Shown piece after piece: positions 10,935 to 23,469 of a stretch of DNA of 64,000 nt. Under the pieces are notes generated by a model. The model saw only the letters and a list, made by a program, of their open reading frames with translations. It ran no database searches and was not told the origin of the DNA. The stretch spans positions 31,498,001-31,562,000 of the forward strand of contig NW_024704743.1 of NCBI RefSeq assembly GCF_018977255.1. Direction: 5' to 3'. A program made the translations under genes and the position numbers. The stretch comes from Callorhinchus milii. Its lineage: Eukaryota. The stretch's first letter is position 1. Each line of letters starts with the position of its first letter.

Positions 10935-12130
10935 CTCAGCACAATTGAAGGATTACAAATTGGGTCTCGGACCAAATTGAAGTTGTGAGGAAAAGGGGGA
11001 AGGAGGAGGAGAGAGAAAATAACCATTTAATTGGTTTGGACATCATGCTCATAGTGTATTGTTTAAAGTGGTTTTAAAGGAATGGAATAGTTTAATGAAG
11101 TTTACGTTGATGTCCTGTCTATACTATACAGAGATCCCTGCATTGAGCAGTCTCCTGACACTCTCTTACAATGTGCTACCACCAGAACTCGAGCCTGGGA
11201 TAATCAGTCTGCAGATTACAGACATTACTTTAATTGTAACTTGTTGTGAATAGCTTTTTATTATATATATAAAAAAAAGTTTATTATTGTCCTAGGCAGT
11301 TTACGGACAATTTCGTCTTGTGGGCGTTACGTTTATATAATGAATCTCAGCAATCAGCAACCTGAGAATTGTTGGAGAGACAAGGTCTTGATGGCTGATT
11401 GAGTAATTGTTCAAAACATCTTCAGCCAAATTGTACTGTTATTGCTCTCACTGTGTAATTTGTCATAGTTCATGCTGATCTGTTGTAGCATTTGCTCTCT
11501 CCCCAGACCACAAATCACAGGAACATAAGTGATTTTCTGGTAAGGAATTAAGCCCCATCGTTCTTTTTAACTCATTGATTTTTTTTTAATCAATGGTCCA
11601 ATCTCTGAATATCGGGGGTCAGTCTAATCTGTGGAACAATGAGAGTCTGCTTCGTTCACAGGTTAGGGGGTGGTGGGGCAGGGCTGGGGCGGAGAAGCAA
11701 AATGGGAACTGTGCGTTCAGGTAAGGTGAGAATTTCCTCAATTAAACCTCGCAGCCTGCACTGGTAATGTGCACGTAAGCACACTTCTTGTCACTGTGGG
11801 TCTCGACTGGAAACGAGAGGAGAAACGAGGATCAGGGGTGCACAGGAGGGAAGCGAGAACCTTTCAAAAGGCCTGAGGTAGAGTGGCTGTGAAGCTACAA
11901 CTAATTGACTGAGAATCATTACAGTTGTTACAGTGAATACACTGAACGTGTGGACTCTAAAATTGCAATAAGTTTGTGTTGTTGTTTTCCTCTGTTCCGG
12001 TTTTCCATTGAATCCAGGTACTTCTAAGTAAGAGCGTTCAGCACTGTTACACTGGTGTATTTTATTACACAACATTTCTGCTGTTTGGCAAAAGTTTTGC
12101 AAATAAAGCCACTTATTTATTTCAATTGGC
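10935..12130 (+). other. Probable MBOAT1 3' UTR
   Basis: Repeat-free AT-rich sequence from the stop codon to the first canonical AATAAA; the end is inferred. Confidence 0.55.
12102..12107 (+). terminator. Candidate polyadenylation signal AATAAA
   Basis: First AATAAA after the stop, with TGTA about 45 nt upstream and T-rich sequence downstream; an ATTAAA at 11741 is an alternative. Confidence 0.5.
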
Positions 12131-12756
12131 ACCCCAAAGCCTTACTTTATTGCAGCAGGAAAGTTTTGTACTCATTACACTGAGCCTTTTGCAGCGATAA
12201 TGAAGAAACTCTGGAAGCCAGATTGACATTTGTTTGCAAGATGGGAGGTGTATTGTACCCATTTTCTTGTATATTGGTGCCTTGGGATGTCTGCCCGAAG
12301 TGAACGGTGCAATACAAGTGTAATTTTGTATTGTATTAATGATACAGGGTTCGGACAAACATCTCAATAGAGATTCGGAAGGAGTAACCAGAGCAATCTT
12401 CATTGATTATTATAATAGTAATCCTTCCATTGTGTATAGCGTCTTTCATGTTGGGAAGATGTCGTGACTTTGGAGAAAAGGCGCGATGCCAGTGAGAAAG
12501 ATTTTTATTATTTATTATATTTATCATTGTGATTTGGATGATGTGTTGCAATCTGATTCTTGCAACACCAACAAAGTTAACAATTTTTTTAACAATGGTT
12601 TACAAATAGGATTTCAAACTTGATCAGGAATCATCTTCTGACAAGGTAGACACTTTTCTCAGATTTCAATGCAGGTGAAGGTAGCAGTTGAACAGTAATT
12701 TTGAGCATATATTATATACGTAATAACATATATGTTATAATTTTGAAAGTTGTAAT

Positions 12757-13531
12757 AATAACACAAAATTACATTTGTACAGCGCCTTTCATGTCGGGAG
12801 GACATCCCAAGGCACTGGACAGATAGAGTTTTGGACCTGAGTTTTTCTCTTTGACCGAGCCTTCAGCTCCCCTCTCGACTCTCTTTCCCCTCCTCGCTCC
12901 CTCCCTTCCCTCCCCTCACCCTGACCATTTCCCCCCTCCTCGCTCCCTCCCTTCCCTCCCCTCACCCTGACCATTTCCCCCCTGCTCGGGTCATGACCCA
13001 ACTGTGCAGCGCCTTGGGACGTCCTCCTGACGTGAAAGGCGCTTTATAAATGGAATCTTGTTGTTGTTGTTGTTGTTGAACTGGGGTGGGGGAGGGTGGA
13101 GGGCAAGGGGGGAAATCATGGAGATTGAAAGCACGGTCGAAGAGGAGGGTCTTGAGACGGGTCTTGAAGGAGGCAAGGGAGGGGGCGAGGCAGAGGGACT
13201 ATGGGATGGAGTTCCAAAGGATGGGGGCAGAGTGGCAGAAACCCTGCCCCACAAGCAAGGCGGGGGAACGTGACAGGGCAGAGGGGTGGGAGCGAGCAGT
13301 ATGGTAGGGGGTTAGGAGGTCGGAGAGGTAGGGGAGAGCAAGACCGTGGAGGGCTTTGAAGGTGAGGATCCGGATCTTGAACTGTATCCTCTGTGTAATG
13401 GGAAGCCAGTGGAGTTGGGCGAGGATGGGGGTGATAGGGTCGTGGAGCCTAGTGCGGGAGAGAACGTGAGCTGCAGAGTTCTGGATGATCTGCAGCCTGT
13501 GGAGGGAGGAGTTGGGGAGGCCGACAAGCAG
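12757..13531 (-). mobile_element. L2 3' fragment interrupted by a younger opposite-strand L2 end
   Basis: Host sequence gacctgag|ctggggtggg is split by the 12845-13078 insertion. Confidence 0.85.
12845..13078 (+). mobile_element. Young L2 3' end (~230 bp), nested
   Basis: Near-identical to 2989-3222. Confidence 0.85.
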
Positions 13532-13879
13532 TGAGTTTGATAATATTAATGAAAATATTAAATAAAATATTATTTGATAATAATAATAAATGATAATAAT
13601 CGATTTGGGTCAGCTTGCAGTGTTGAAACTGAACTAGTGAAGTCATTGCTTTGCAGATCGACTCTACATTAAGAATTTGCTTTTATGTACAGATGGTGAA
13701 ACATCTGAATGCGAAAGCAGTTATGTTTGCACTGCAGCAGATGGAGCTTCTGATGTGGAACGACTCGATATAAAGTTAAGCAAAATAAAACCGACCAGTT
13801 TCAACTTTGTAAAACAAACACTGTTTAAAGGCACTTCCCTCTGATAATGTAAATCATATCACCAGTTTTCTTTTAGGAA

Positions 13880-14000
13880 TTAACATTGTGGGATACAGCA
13901 CATAGATAGCTTGGGACGTATGTGCATGAGACCGCCAGAAAAGTGGAAGGCGAACTAGATGGACCTTGGTCTTTTTTCGTCCAGCATTTCTTATGTTAAT
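13880..14000 (+). mobile_element. CR1 3' UTR fragment
   Basis: actagatggaccttggtcttttttcgtccagcatttcttatgtt is a CR1 terminal motif. Confidence 0.6.
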
Positions 14001-14060
14001 GTGAAAGGCGCTATATACATTAAAATTGATTGGCATAGTTCATACCTGTAATGCAAGAGA

Positions 14061-14079
14061 TTGACAGCAGGTGGCGCTC
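14061..14079 (+). promoter_or_regulatory. CTCF-like motif
   Basis: ttgacagcaggtggcgctc resembles consensus CCASYAGRKGGCRS, with a TGTAAT upstream module ~17 nt before the core. Confidence 0.5.
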
Positions 14080-14247
14080 ATCGATTAGAGTTTGGAGCAT
14101 GTTGCCCTGAGCTCGTCCTTTGGGATACCAGGGCAGCAATAACTGAGATTGTGTGAGCTCTTATTTAAAAAGAAACTTTCAAATCCAATGAAAGATGGGT
14201 TTTACATTGCCAGCTGTCACCCAAGGTGATCATTTTTTATTGCCAAC

Positions 14248-14712
14248 TTGGCTCATTTGTTAGCACTTCCATCACTGAGTCAGAAGGTATGGGCTCAAGC
14301 CCCATAATAATAACCCTTACATTTGATATGTTGTTTATTTTCAAAGGATTATTAGCCACCGGTAAAGGAATCCGCCAATTTACTAACAAGAGGGTTCCTA
14401 CTTACTGCTAGGTAAACAGGAGTGCGGAGTAAGGAAACTTGCCCAACATTTCGCCCTGCCCGGGAATGGAACCCAGGTCCTCTCGCTTGTGAGGCGAGTG
14501 CTCGAACCACTGAGCTACAGGGCTCTAACCCGTGTCAGGACGTAAACTCACAGTCTGGCTAAGTGCAGTACTAGGGGAGTGGGTTGTAATGTGGAGGTGC
14601 TGTCCTTTGGATGAGAATTTAAATGATTCGCCTGTTCTTCAGATGGACTTTAAAGATCTCATGGCGCTATTCAAAAAGAGAAGGAAGGGTTTCTCACTGT
14701 GTTCTGGCGAAC
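14248..14712 (+). mobile_element. DeuSINE split by a - strand tRNA(Ala)-SINE (14305-14525)
   Basis: Deu head at 14248-14302 resumes at ~14526; the insert ends accactgagctacaggg. Confidence 0.75.
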
Positions 14713-14760
14713 AATGCAAGGTCAACCTCTACGACCTTTATTTTCAAGATTAAAGAGCCT

Positions 14761-14950
14761 TATTTTCTTTTTGGTCAGCCTGGTATCTGACACACGGAGA
14801 AACCCATCCCCATCGTTAAGCAAATCCAAATGACTGAGAGTTCTGCTTATGTTTGGGAATTTCTGTTGGTGAAGGTGTGCGCACGCCCTTTGAAAAGTCT
14901 TACAGAGTTTTTCATTGTGACCAGAATGGCGACAGCAGGTTGTGGATGAC
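14761..14950 (-). repeat. Unclassified repeat family X, 3' fragment
   Basis: ttttggtcagcctggtatctgacacacggagaaacccatc is homologous to 60732. Confidence 0.65.
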
Positions 14951-14965
14951 GTTATGGGGGCATGT

Positions 14966-15320
14966 GAACAACAACAACAAATTACATTTGTATAGCACCT
15001 TTCACGTTGACAGGACGTCCCAAGGTGCTGGACAATCAGGCATTTAGACCAGGGTTTAGGATCAGGAGGGGTGGAGGGCAAGGGGAGTTAGGTGTAGGAA
15101 GGTGGCCAAAGGCGCGGTCGAAGAGAAGGGTCTTGAGATATGCCTTGAACGAGGCAAGGGAGGGATCAAGGCGAAGAGACTGGAATGGAGTTCCAGAGTG
15201 TGGGGGCTGAGAGGCTGAAGGCCCGACTGCTGATGGCCTGACCGCAGATGATAGGACGGGCCAGGCGGGGGACCTGGAGCAGGTGGGAGCCTGCCGAGCA
15301 GAGGGAGCGGACAGGTCAAT
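14966..15320 (-). mobile_element. L2 3' fragment
   Basis: (CAA)n tail, stem-loop, gcggtcgaagagaagggtcttgag. Confidence 0.8.
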
Positions 15321-17607
15321 ATAGCGCTATCAGATGAACAGTCGTCCTGTAATGAATAAATACACAATTCTTTATTGAAGCACAGCTTGGCTTGCACAGA
15401 GCTCTGACCTGGGCACAAGTAGGTTGGATAAAGGGTTTTATTGAGACAAAGAGTTCCAGAGGTTAGGAGTGGCTGAAAGCTCTCACACTGATGGTGGTGA
15501 GGAGGGATTGGGGAATGCGCAGCAAGCCTGTGCCATCTGAGCGAAGGGGCCACCCAGAGGAGTGGGTTTACCAATAAACCTGCTTACATTAGAGGAGGTA
15601 AGAAGCTTTGCCAGTCGTTAGCTGGTCCTGCAAAAGTGAATGTCATGCAGGAGCTTTGTAGGGTCCTTTCTGAGGTCGGGATTAAACCACGTTATTCTTT
15701 ATCTCTAATTTGATGTAGAATGACCTTTTCTTTGCCCCCATCTTTTCCCGTAGGCCTGCTCGTAGGCAAAAGGTAGAGAAATATTCCATTCCCTCAGCAA
15801 TGGTGCCTTTCCTCAATGTGCACAGAATTCACAGACAAAACATGAGGGAGTCGGAGCTGTTAAACAACAGAGCGAGAGGGAATTTGCATTTTTAGAAATG
15901 ATCCACTTAAACATGAGAGGCAGCCGAGAGTTAAATACTGTAATGCTATTTGACCAAAATAATGAAAACCAAATTTGTGAGAATTAGCACGTGTACTAAC
16001 GTGCGGGCAGGATCAGGAAGGGAATCGTTCTGGTTGACTGACGTGAGGCAATACACGAAACCTAGTTACATCTGCAGAGTAACCTGAATAGGGCTTGGAC
16101 AAAGAGCATGTTTTTTTTAACATCGTATCGGCTTCTCACACTGTCTGAAGCACTTCATCGATGGATCAATATGGCTTTTAAAAAACAACATGCTGAGATG
16201 TGTTGCATTCGAGGTGTGGGTTATGTAACATGCACAAGGGCTTCAGTCATATGATAAAGAATGAGAGGGTATTACACACTCTGCCTCTTGATATCGATGG
16301 CTTCACTGTACCATGCAGTGTATCCAGTGAAGCGCTTTGAGGCATCCTCCCAGCCTGAAGGGTGCTACATCACATGTAACTATTATCATTATTACTACCT
16401 GCTGCAAGTCCTCTGACTCTCACGGCTCATTTGATAACACTCGATACATAGGCGTTGAGCAATTCATTCGATGAATGTCTTTGAAACAGCTCCAATAATC
16501 TTCCATGCACCGCGTACTAAAAACTGCCCGCAGTTTAATTAACCTGAATTTTCCTTATATTCCTATAGAGGCAGCAGCTGAGCAAGCACGAACCTAAGCA
16601 GCCAGCACACAGTGAAACAAAGCCCTGCTCTCTTACTGTTTAACAGAGTCGAGCCACATGCTCTATCACATTAGCTTCTCTTAGCAGTTATGTGATTTTC
16701 AATGAATGCTTTGTGACTCAGCTCTGCGTTTGGAGATGCAGCACCCACTATATCCTCCAATTAACACAACCTCCACGCCATGTTTTATAGCCTTCTTCAG
16801 CAGCAATTGCAAATTAATCCAATTAATTTATTATGCTTCACTGTGGCAAGAGACTGTTTTATTTATTTTTGATCCTATTGAAGACTACAGCCATTTCTCT
16901 TTCTGAAACTATGTTGGCCTCCCTTCACTCCTGTCCCCTGTCACAGGACGTACTGTAAAGTGTACTGACTATTTATTTTGTAGATGAACACAGCATCCAA
17001 TTTGCACACAGCAATGCCCCACAAACAGCCGTGAGATGAAGGATCATCTTTGAAGGTCATCCGAATGACACCTCTGACAAGCAGTGCTCCGTACGTAAAG
17101 TAAGGTGCCTTGCGAAATATTTGTTATTCTGCAAAGAAAGTAGATTATGATTTGTATTATGTAATTATGATTCCTTCACTTGCCCTTTATTTCCTCTTGG
17201 GCACTGACTCATGTTGGAGTGCAGCTCCTTATGGATCGGCTGCTGTCCTATACCTCATACAAGGGAATCAGTCGATTGGCGGATCATTTTCTGGGGGTGA
17301 TAATTCCTTTAAAAAAAAGTGGTCACTCAATCCATGATTGTTTGTGGGATACTGTTGTATGCAATTGGCTGCTGTGTTTCGCCCACAAAATACAGTCAAT
17401 CCACTTTAGGGTATATTCTGTGAAGCGCTTTGAGAGGTCTCAATGACATGATAAGCTGCTGTATCAAATCTAAGGATTATTATTTCACAAGGTGTAAAAA
17501 ACAACAACAGCAACAACAACTTGGATTTATTTAGCGCCCTCCACGCCGGATGGCATCTGAGAGCGCTTCACAGTAACGGATCCTGGGGTTACAGAGGTTC
17601 AGATAAA

Positions 17608-17806
17608 GAAACAAAAACAGAAATCGCTGGGAACACCCAGCAGGTCAGGCAGCATCTATGGAGAAATGAAAGCGAGTCAATGTTTCGGCTCCACCCGAAA
17701 TGTTGACTCACTTTCCTTTCTCCATAGATGCTGCCTAACCTGCCGGGTGTTCCTAGCGATTTCTGTTTTTGTTTCAGATTTCCAACATCTGCAGTATTTT
17801 GCATTT
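17608..17806. mobile_element. Penelope-like inverted terminal repeat remnant (81-bp arm palindrome)
   Basis: Arms 17608-17688 and 17695-17775 are reverse complements; agatgctgcc..acctgc...ttctgtttttgtttcagatttcca.catctgcagta resembles fish/shark Penelope ends. Confidence 0.7.
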
Positions 17807-18528
17807 TGTTCGGATAAAGACACAGCCATTTGGACCATTTGACCTCGTCCTTCCAGAATACCAACTCTCCTTTGCTCTGTTACTAGAACATAGTACAGTA
17901 GGTCCTGACCAGAACACTATACACCTTGAGTATGATTTCTGGGGATCTGAACTCAACTGATTCGGCAATATAGCCCAGCATCCTATTTGCGTTGTCTATT
18001 GCTAGCTCAGTTTTGACATGGTGAGCGATGAATCAGCCGACACCCTTAAATGTTTCAGCTTCCCCTTGGCACTGAAACATCTCGAAGGAATTATTATAAA
18101 GTGTAGTGACTGCATTCGTAAGGAAACTACAAAAATTTGCATTTCTACAACAACTTGCATTTATACACGGCTCAGCGCTTCTGGAGCTTTTTCAAATAGA
18201 GCAGTGTCTGGAAGTGCTTCACAGAGGCGTTGGCAGGCAGGAGGGAGGGAGGTGCTGCAAGCTTTTAAAGATGGATAGAACGGGGGCTGGTGTTGTGGAG
18301 GGGTGGCTGAGATGGTGGGATTTAGAGAGGGAATTTCAGTGGGTTGGGACATAGTGACTCTCAAAGTGGAACAGCATTCAAAACTGCGCGCTATCCTTTT
18401 GAACCTGTCCTCCTCCTTACTATGGTCTGACTGCTGCCACAGGTAATATTGCTGCAGAGCCTTGGTTCACAAGCCACCGCACTTCTTGCATTTAGCACAA
18501 CCCCCACCCATCCCACCCACCCTGCATT

Positions 18529-18547
18529 CATGCCCCCTGGTGGTAAT
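18529..18547 (-). promoter_or_regulatory. CTCF-like motif
   Basis: Reverse strand ttaccaccagggggcatga is a near-perfect core. Confidence 0.5.
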
Positions 18548-18869
18548 GTGTGACTGCCTCCAGACACAAAAGAGAATTATTGCATAACATAAATGATTTA
18601 AACAGGGTGCCACTGCTCACCGCCTTGTGTTTTTTTACAAACATTGCTGTATGAGCACAAATAATTTAAACAGGAACCTGCTGGCGTTTCACTTTGAGTG
18701 TTGATGGAATATTCTTGTTAATTATAGAGATCGTAGCAGGTATGCTATCAAGAAGAAAATAATAGTAATTTGTTGTCTGGCTGACAGAATAGCGTTTGTT
18801 TTATTTTCCGTTACTTGGAAACCACACTTTTTTATATATTTATATTATACAAACTTATAGAAATAACAA

Positions 18870-19232
18870 AAATAATTCTTGTATTTGATATCACGAATTG
18901 TCTCAAAACCCTTCACAGAAAAAATATAAAGTGAATTGATTGTATATTTTGTGGGCGAAACACAGCAGCCAATTAATTGCGCGCAGCAGTGACCCACAAA
19001 CAGTCGGGAATTGAGTGACCAAATTATTATACTTTATTGATTTATTTTTTGAAGGGATTATTGCCTCCAGAAAAGCGATCCGATAATCGACTAACAACCA
19101 GGTTCCTGCTTACTGCTAGGTAAACAGAGGTGCGTGGAGTAAGGAAACTTCCCAACATTTCGGCCTCCCCGGGAATCGACCCCAGGTCATCTCGCTTGCG
19201 AGACGAGTGCTCTAACCACCAAGATGCAGGAC
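18870..19232 (-). mobile_element. tRNA(Ala)-derived SINE
   Basis: Reverse complement of the 5449/46408 family including the head (ctcgcttgcgagacgagtgctctaaccac). Confidence 0.85.
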
Positions 19233-19663
19233 TAAAAAAGGACTATACAAAAGCAAAGTCCTCGTTGACTGTGTTGGCTGTGATGACAGCACCTCCATTG
19301 CCCCGCGCTCTTTGTTACGGTGCCTGCACCTGGGCACAGCTCATAGCTGTGGGATGTAATTGGGAAACACCATCTCAGCATCTCAGTGCAAACTCTTGTG
19401 CACCCACGGCTCGTAATGGCTTGTCACTGCAGAATCATTTGTTCTTACATGATAAAAGCAACTCGCTGGCTCTCTCTCCAAACAGCACATAAATGTCATG
19501 ACAAAGTAACTGTGGTAACACTGCCACCTTTCTCCTCTCCCTTCCCCACACACACATGCATATATCCAGTCCTGGATTAAACTAGTTCAGATTGCACTCA
19601 ATCCATTATACGCACAATAAACATGACTTCATGCACTTGTAAAGATGACCGTCGCTTTTATTT

Positions 19664-19682
19664 TTCCCAGCAGATGGCAATA
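19664..19682 (+). promoter_or_regulatory. CTCF-like motif
   Basis: ttcccagcagatggcaata. Confidence 0.45.
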
Positions 19683-19702
19683 TTTCATTAAGAAATACTG
19701 AC

Positions 19703-20050
19703 TTTGTTCGTCAGCTGGGTGTCTGACACATGTGAAAACTTATCACCACGCTTAAGAGTATTCAGACTAAACTGAGATTTCCGTGCATCCCATCTATACT
19801 GGGAAATTCCCGAGATATTTGTTGGAATGGAATGCGCACTCTCTCCGTGGAGGGACACATCTGTTTACCTAGTTCTGTCAGGTTGGCAAGAGCCAAGGCT
19901 TGGGGACCCCAGAGTGTGCATTCAGGTACTGCTGGAGTCCAACCAGCTAGAACTGCATAGCTTGCCATTGATATCGCTGTCTGGCAAGCTTTCCTGCTGA
20001 TTGTCCACCCTAAGAATACCCGTGCTCCTTTGCTGACTGGAAAAAACATG
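19703..20050 (-). repeat. Unclassified repeat family X
   Basis: Colinear with 60732-61070 (gtcagc.gggtgtctgacaca; ggaatggaatgcgcactctctcc; agagccaaggcttggggaccccagagtgt). Confidence 0.8.
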
Positions 20051-20217
20051 CCAGGATGTTGACAAACACTTTTTTGAAAGCATTCACTACTCAACAACAA
20101 CTTGTATTTATATAGGACATTTAAAGAACAAAGTCTCGGCATTTAGTACATGTTTTGATGGATTCCGAGCATAGAAATAGGAGATTCGCAGATGTTGTCC
20201 ACCGTGAAAGAGAGATC

Positions 20218-20570
20218 TGTCAGCTTGGGTCAGTTGGAGTACTAGGGGTGCGCTGCATTGTTAAGGATGTTGTCCTTCAAATGAGGCGTTAAATCTGAGG
20301 CCCTGTCTGCTTTTTCAGTTGGACGTTAAAGATCCCATGACACGATTTTAAAAAAAAGCTGATGAAGCTTCTCCTGGTGTCGTCGACATGAGGTCCTCAC
20401 AAATGAAATTGATCATTCACTTCATAGCTGTTTCTGGGATATTATTGTGAGTAAGTTCTCTGTCATGTTTACCTACCAAAAAGCAGTCATTACACTTTAC
20501 AGTGAATCCTGTGAAATGCTTCAAGACATCATCCTGATGTGAAAGGCGCAATATTAAACGCAAAAATTTT
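20218..20570 (+). mobile_element. DeuSINE
   Basis: Head remnant, Deu core, tail. Confidence 0.7.
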
Positions 20571-21001
20571 TAGGAGCATTTTTTGAAAGCAGTGAAAAAG
20601 ATTGAAATTTTGCAAGTTAAAACAGATTAAGTAATCGAGAGAAAGACTGATGCAAATTCAGATAATAATAGTTCTTGCATTTGACATAGGGCCTTAGCAC
20701 GTTGTTGAGACATCTCAAAGAGCTTCACAGGATATGCTGTGAAATGGTTTTGACTCTGTGTTTTGTAACGCGTTAGCCAGTTGCAAACAGCAATCTCCCA
20801 CAAACAGCCATAGAGTGAGTGACCAATTTTATTTCACAAGTCGTTGAATTAAAAAAATATATTTATTTTCAAGAAGTATAAATATGGTTTAGACTGCATG
20901 ATGTGTGCCAGCTCCAGTTGTGCTCGTCTCTCAGTCCCTTATTGCAGTACAGAGATGATTAGACAACAGGTCAATGCCCCCTACTAATGCAAACAAGAAA
21001 T

Positions 21002-22320
21002 ACAACAACAACAACAGCTTGCACTCATATAGCATCCTCCACACAGGTTAGCATCTCAGAGCGCTTAACAGTGGCGGAGCTTGACTCTGAGCCCGGGGGG
21101 GGAGGTGGTGGGGGTGGGGAGGTGGCCATAAGCACGGTCAAAAAGGAAGGTTTTCAGGCGGGACTTGAAAAAGGGAAGAGAGTTGGCAAGGCGGAGGGAT
21201 TGAGGGAGAGTGTTCCAGAGTTTTGAGACGAAAGCGCAACCTCCAATGGTGGAGTGGAGAGTGCAAGGGACGAGCAGGAGACCGATGCCAGTCGAGCAGA
21301 GGCTCTGGGTGGTGGATTGGGATTGGATTGAGGAGGTTGGAGAGGTAGGAAGGTGCCAGCGTGTGAATGGATTTGAACACGAGTGTGAGGTTCTTGAAGT
21401 TGATCTGTTCGGTGATGGGGAGCCAGTGGAGCCTGGCCAGAACTGGTGAGATGTGGGTACGGAGTTTGGTCCAGGTCAGTATGCGGGTGGCAGAGTTCTG
21501 AATGACCTGGATTTTTTGAATAGTGGAGCTGAGGAGATCAGCGAGGAGTGCGTCTGAGTAATCCAGGCGGGAGGTGACAAATACTTGCACAAGGGTTTTG
21601 GCTGCATTTGGGGTAAGGTAGGGTTGGAGGCGGGCAATGTGGCGGAGGTGGAAGAAGATGGTCCTGGTCAGGGACCCGATGTGGGGGAGGAAGGACAGCT
21701 GGGGGTCGAACTGGACGCCTCGGTTGTGCACTGGTTCGATGAGTGTGAGGGAGAGCCCAGGGAGGTTGAGGAGTTTAGATCCACAGGAATGAACAACAAC
21801 AACAACAACAAGATTCCATTTATAAAGCGCCTTTCACGTCAGGAGGACATCCCAAGGCGCTACACAGTTGGGTCATGACCCGAGCAGGGGGGAAATGGTC
21901 AGAGGAGGGGAGGGAGCGAGGAGGGGGGAAATGGTCAGGGTGAGGGGAGGGATGGGAGGGAGCGAGAAGGGGGAAGAGAGTCGAGAGGGGAGCTGAAGGC
22001 TCGGTCAATGAAGACATTGATGGGAGCCAAGGAGTATGGCTTCTGCCTTGTCCACATTCAGCTGCAGGAAGTTTACAGTCATCCAGTCCCTGATTCTGCC
22101 AGACAACCTGATAGAACATCGGCGGACCTGGAGTTGGTACTGGAGGTGGCAAAGTAGATTTGTGTGTCATCCGCATACATGTGAAAGTTTACCCCATGTT
22201 TGTGGATGACATTGCCCAGAGGGAGTATATAGATAATGAAAAGAAGGTGGCCAAGGATGGAGCCCTGGGGTACCCCGCAGGTGACTGGGCGGGGGCGGGA
22301 GGAGAAATCATTTGCCGAGA
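21002..22320 (-). mobile_element. L2 (second subfamily) RT C-terminal/3' fragment, interrupted at 21794-22006
   Basis: ORF 21138-21731 (FHLRHIARLQPYL...VTSRLDY...LARLHWLPI) is an L2 ORF2 C-terminus; the RT core region resumes after the insert. Confidence 0.9.
21794..22006 (-). mobile_element. Young L2 3' end nested in L2, with AATGAA target-site duplication
   Basis: Same family as 2989/12845; aatgaa at 21788-21793 and 22007-22012. Confidence 0.85.
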
Positions 22321-23469
22321 TGAAGTTCTGGAAGCACAGGAATTAAAGTGATAGCTATATGACGAATCTTGAAGGAGCCAAGGGATGGGGTGAGGCGAAG
22401 AATATCCCTGATGGAATTCCAGAGAGTGGCAGATAGGTTGAAAGCCCGACCATTCATGGTGGGGCGGACCAGAGGTGTGTGTGTGTGTGTGTGTGGAAGC
22501 GGAATGTGAAGCAGGACGATGCCTGCTGAGTGGAGGGTTGGTTGGGTTTAAGAAGGTCGCAGAGGTAGGGAGGGATTTAAAAATGAGGATGAAGATCTTG
22601 AACTCAATCCCCTAGGGGATATCGAACTAGTGGAGCCAGGCAAGGATAGGGGCGATAGGCTTTCGTGGTCCTACTAATAAGAGTGAAGGACAGAACTCCT
22701 GAATATAGATCATGACCTTTCAACATGCCACTAACCTTATCAGTTAGCGTTCAGGATTGCTTCGCACAGCACATAGGTGGCACAAATCCTTTATCAGTCC
22801 TTTTACCTTCAAAGCTGTTACTAATGTATTATTCATTTCTAGTCAATTATTAATCTATTCGTATATTAAAATATTGCTTATTAATTCATTATGAATTAAC
22901 AGTAAATGGCATCTGTACTAATTGATTGGTATTTAGCAACTAATTTACAGGAATATTTAATTGATTGTACAAATCAACTTATATGATATTCTTCATCCCC
23001 TGATAAAATGGTCATTCACTTTGTGGCTGTTTGTGGGACATTGGTGTGCATAAATTATCTGCCACGTTCACCTAAAAATACATAGTCACTACACTTGACA
23101 GTAAATTCCGTGAGGCGTTTTGAGACATCTCGACAACATGATAAGGCGGTAAATCAAACAAAGAATTATTATTATTTATCACAAGATAAATAATAGTGGG
23201 TGAATACAGTATAACTATATTACCCACTCTACCATCTTCCAAATTTAGCATCAAGCTGTTGCTATACGAGTCCAATGCTCTGTCCGCCGCTATATTTTCT
23301 GACATCCTGACAAAGAAATACTGTATTTCCTGGTATCGTTCTTAAAATTACCCTTCACAATCATCAATGCTCTTTGACCTAGCGGAAAGTAGATTTCTGC
23401 ATTTATTATCTCTATTTCATTTAGCAATGTATATTCGTTTATAAGATTCCCTCTGAGATATTTACATGT

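Noticed and set aside
17681..17700. Functional hammerhead ribozyme in the Penelope-like palindrome
   Set aside because: The CTGANGA core is absent on both strands at the centre.
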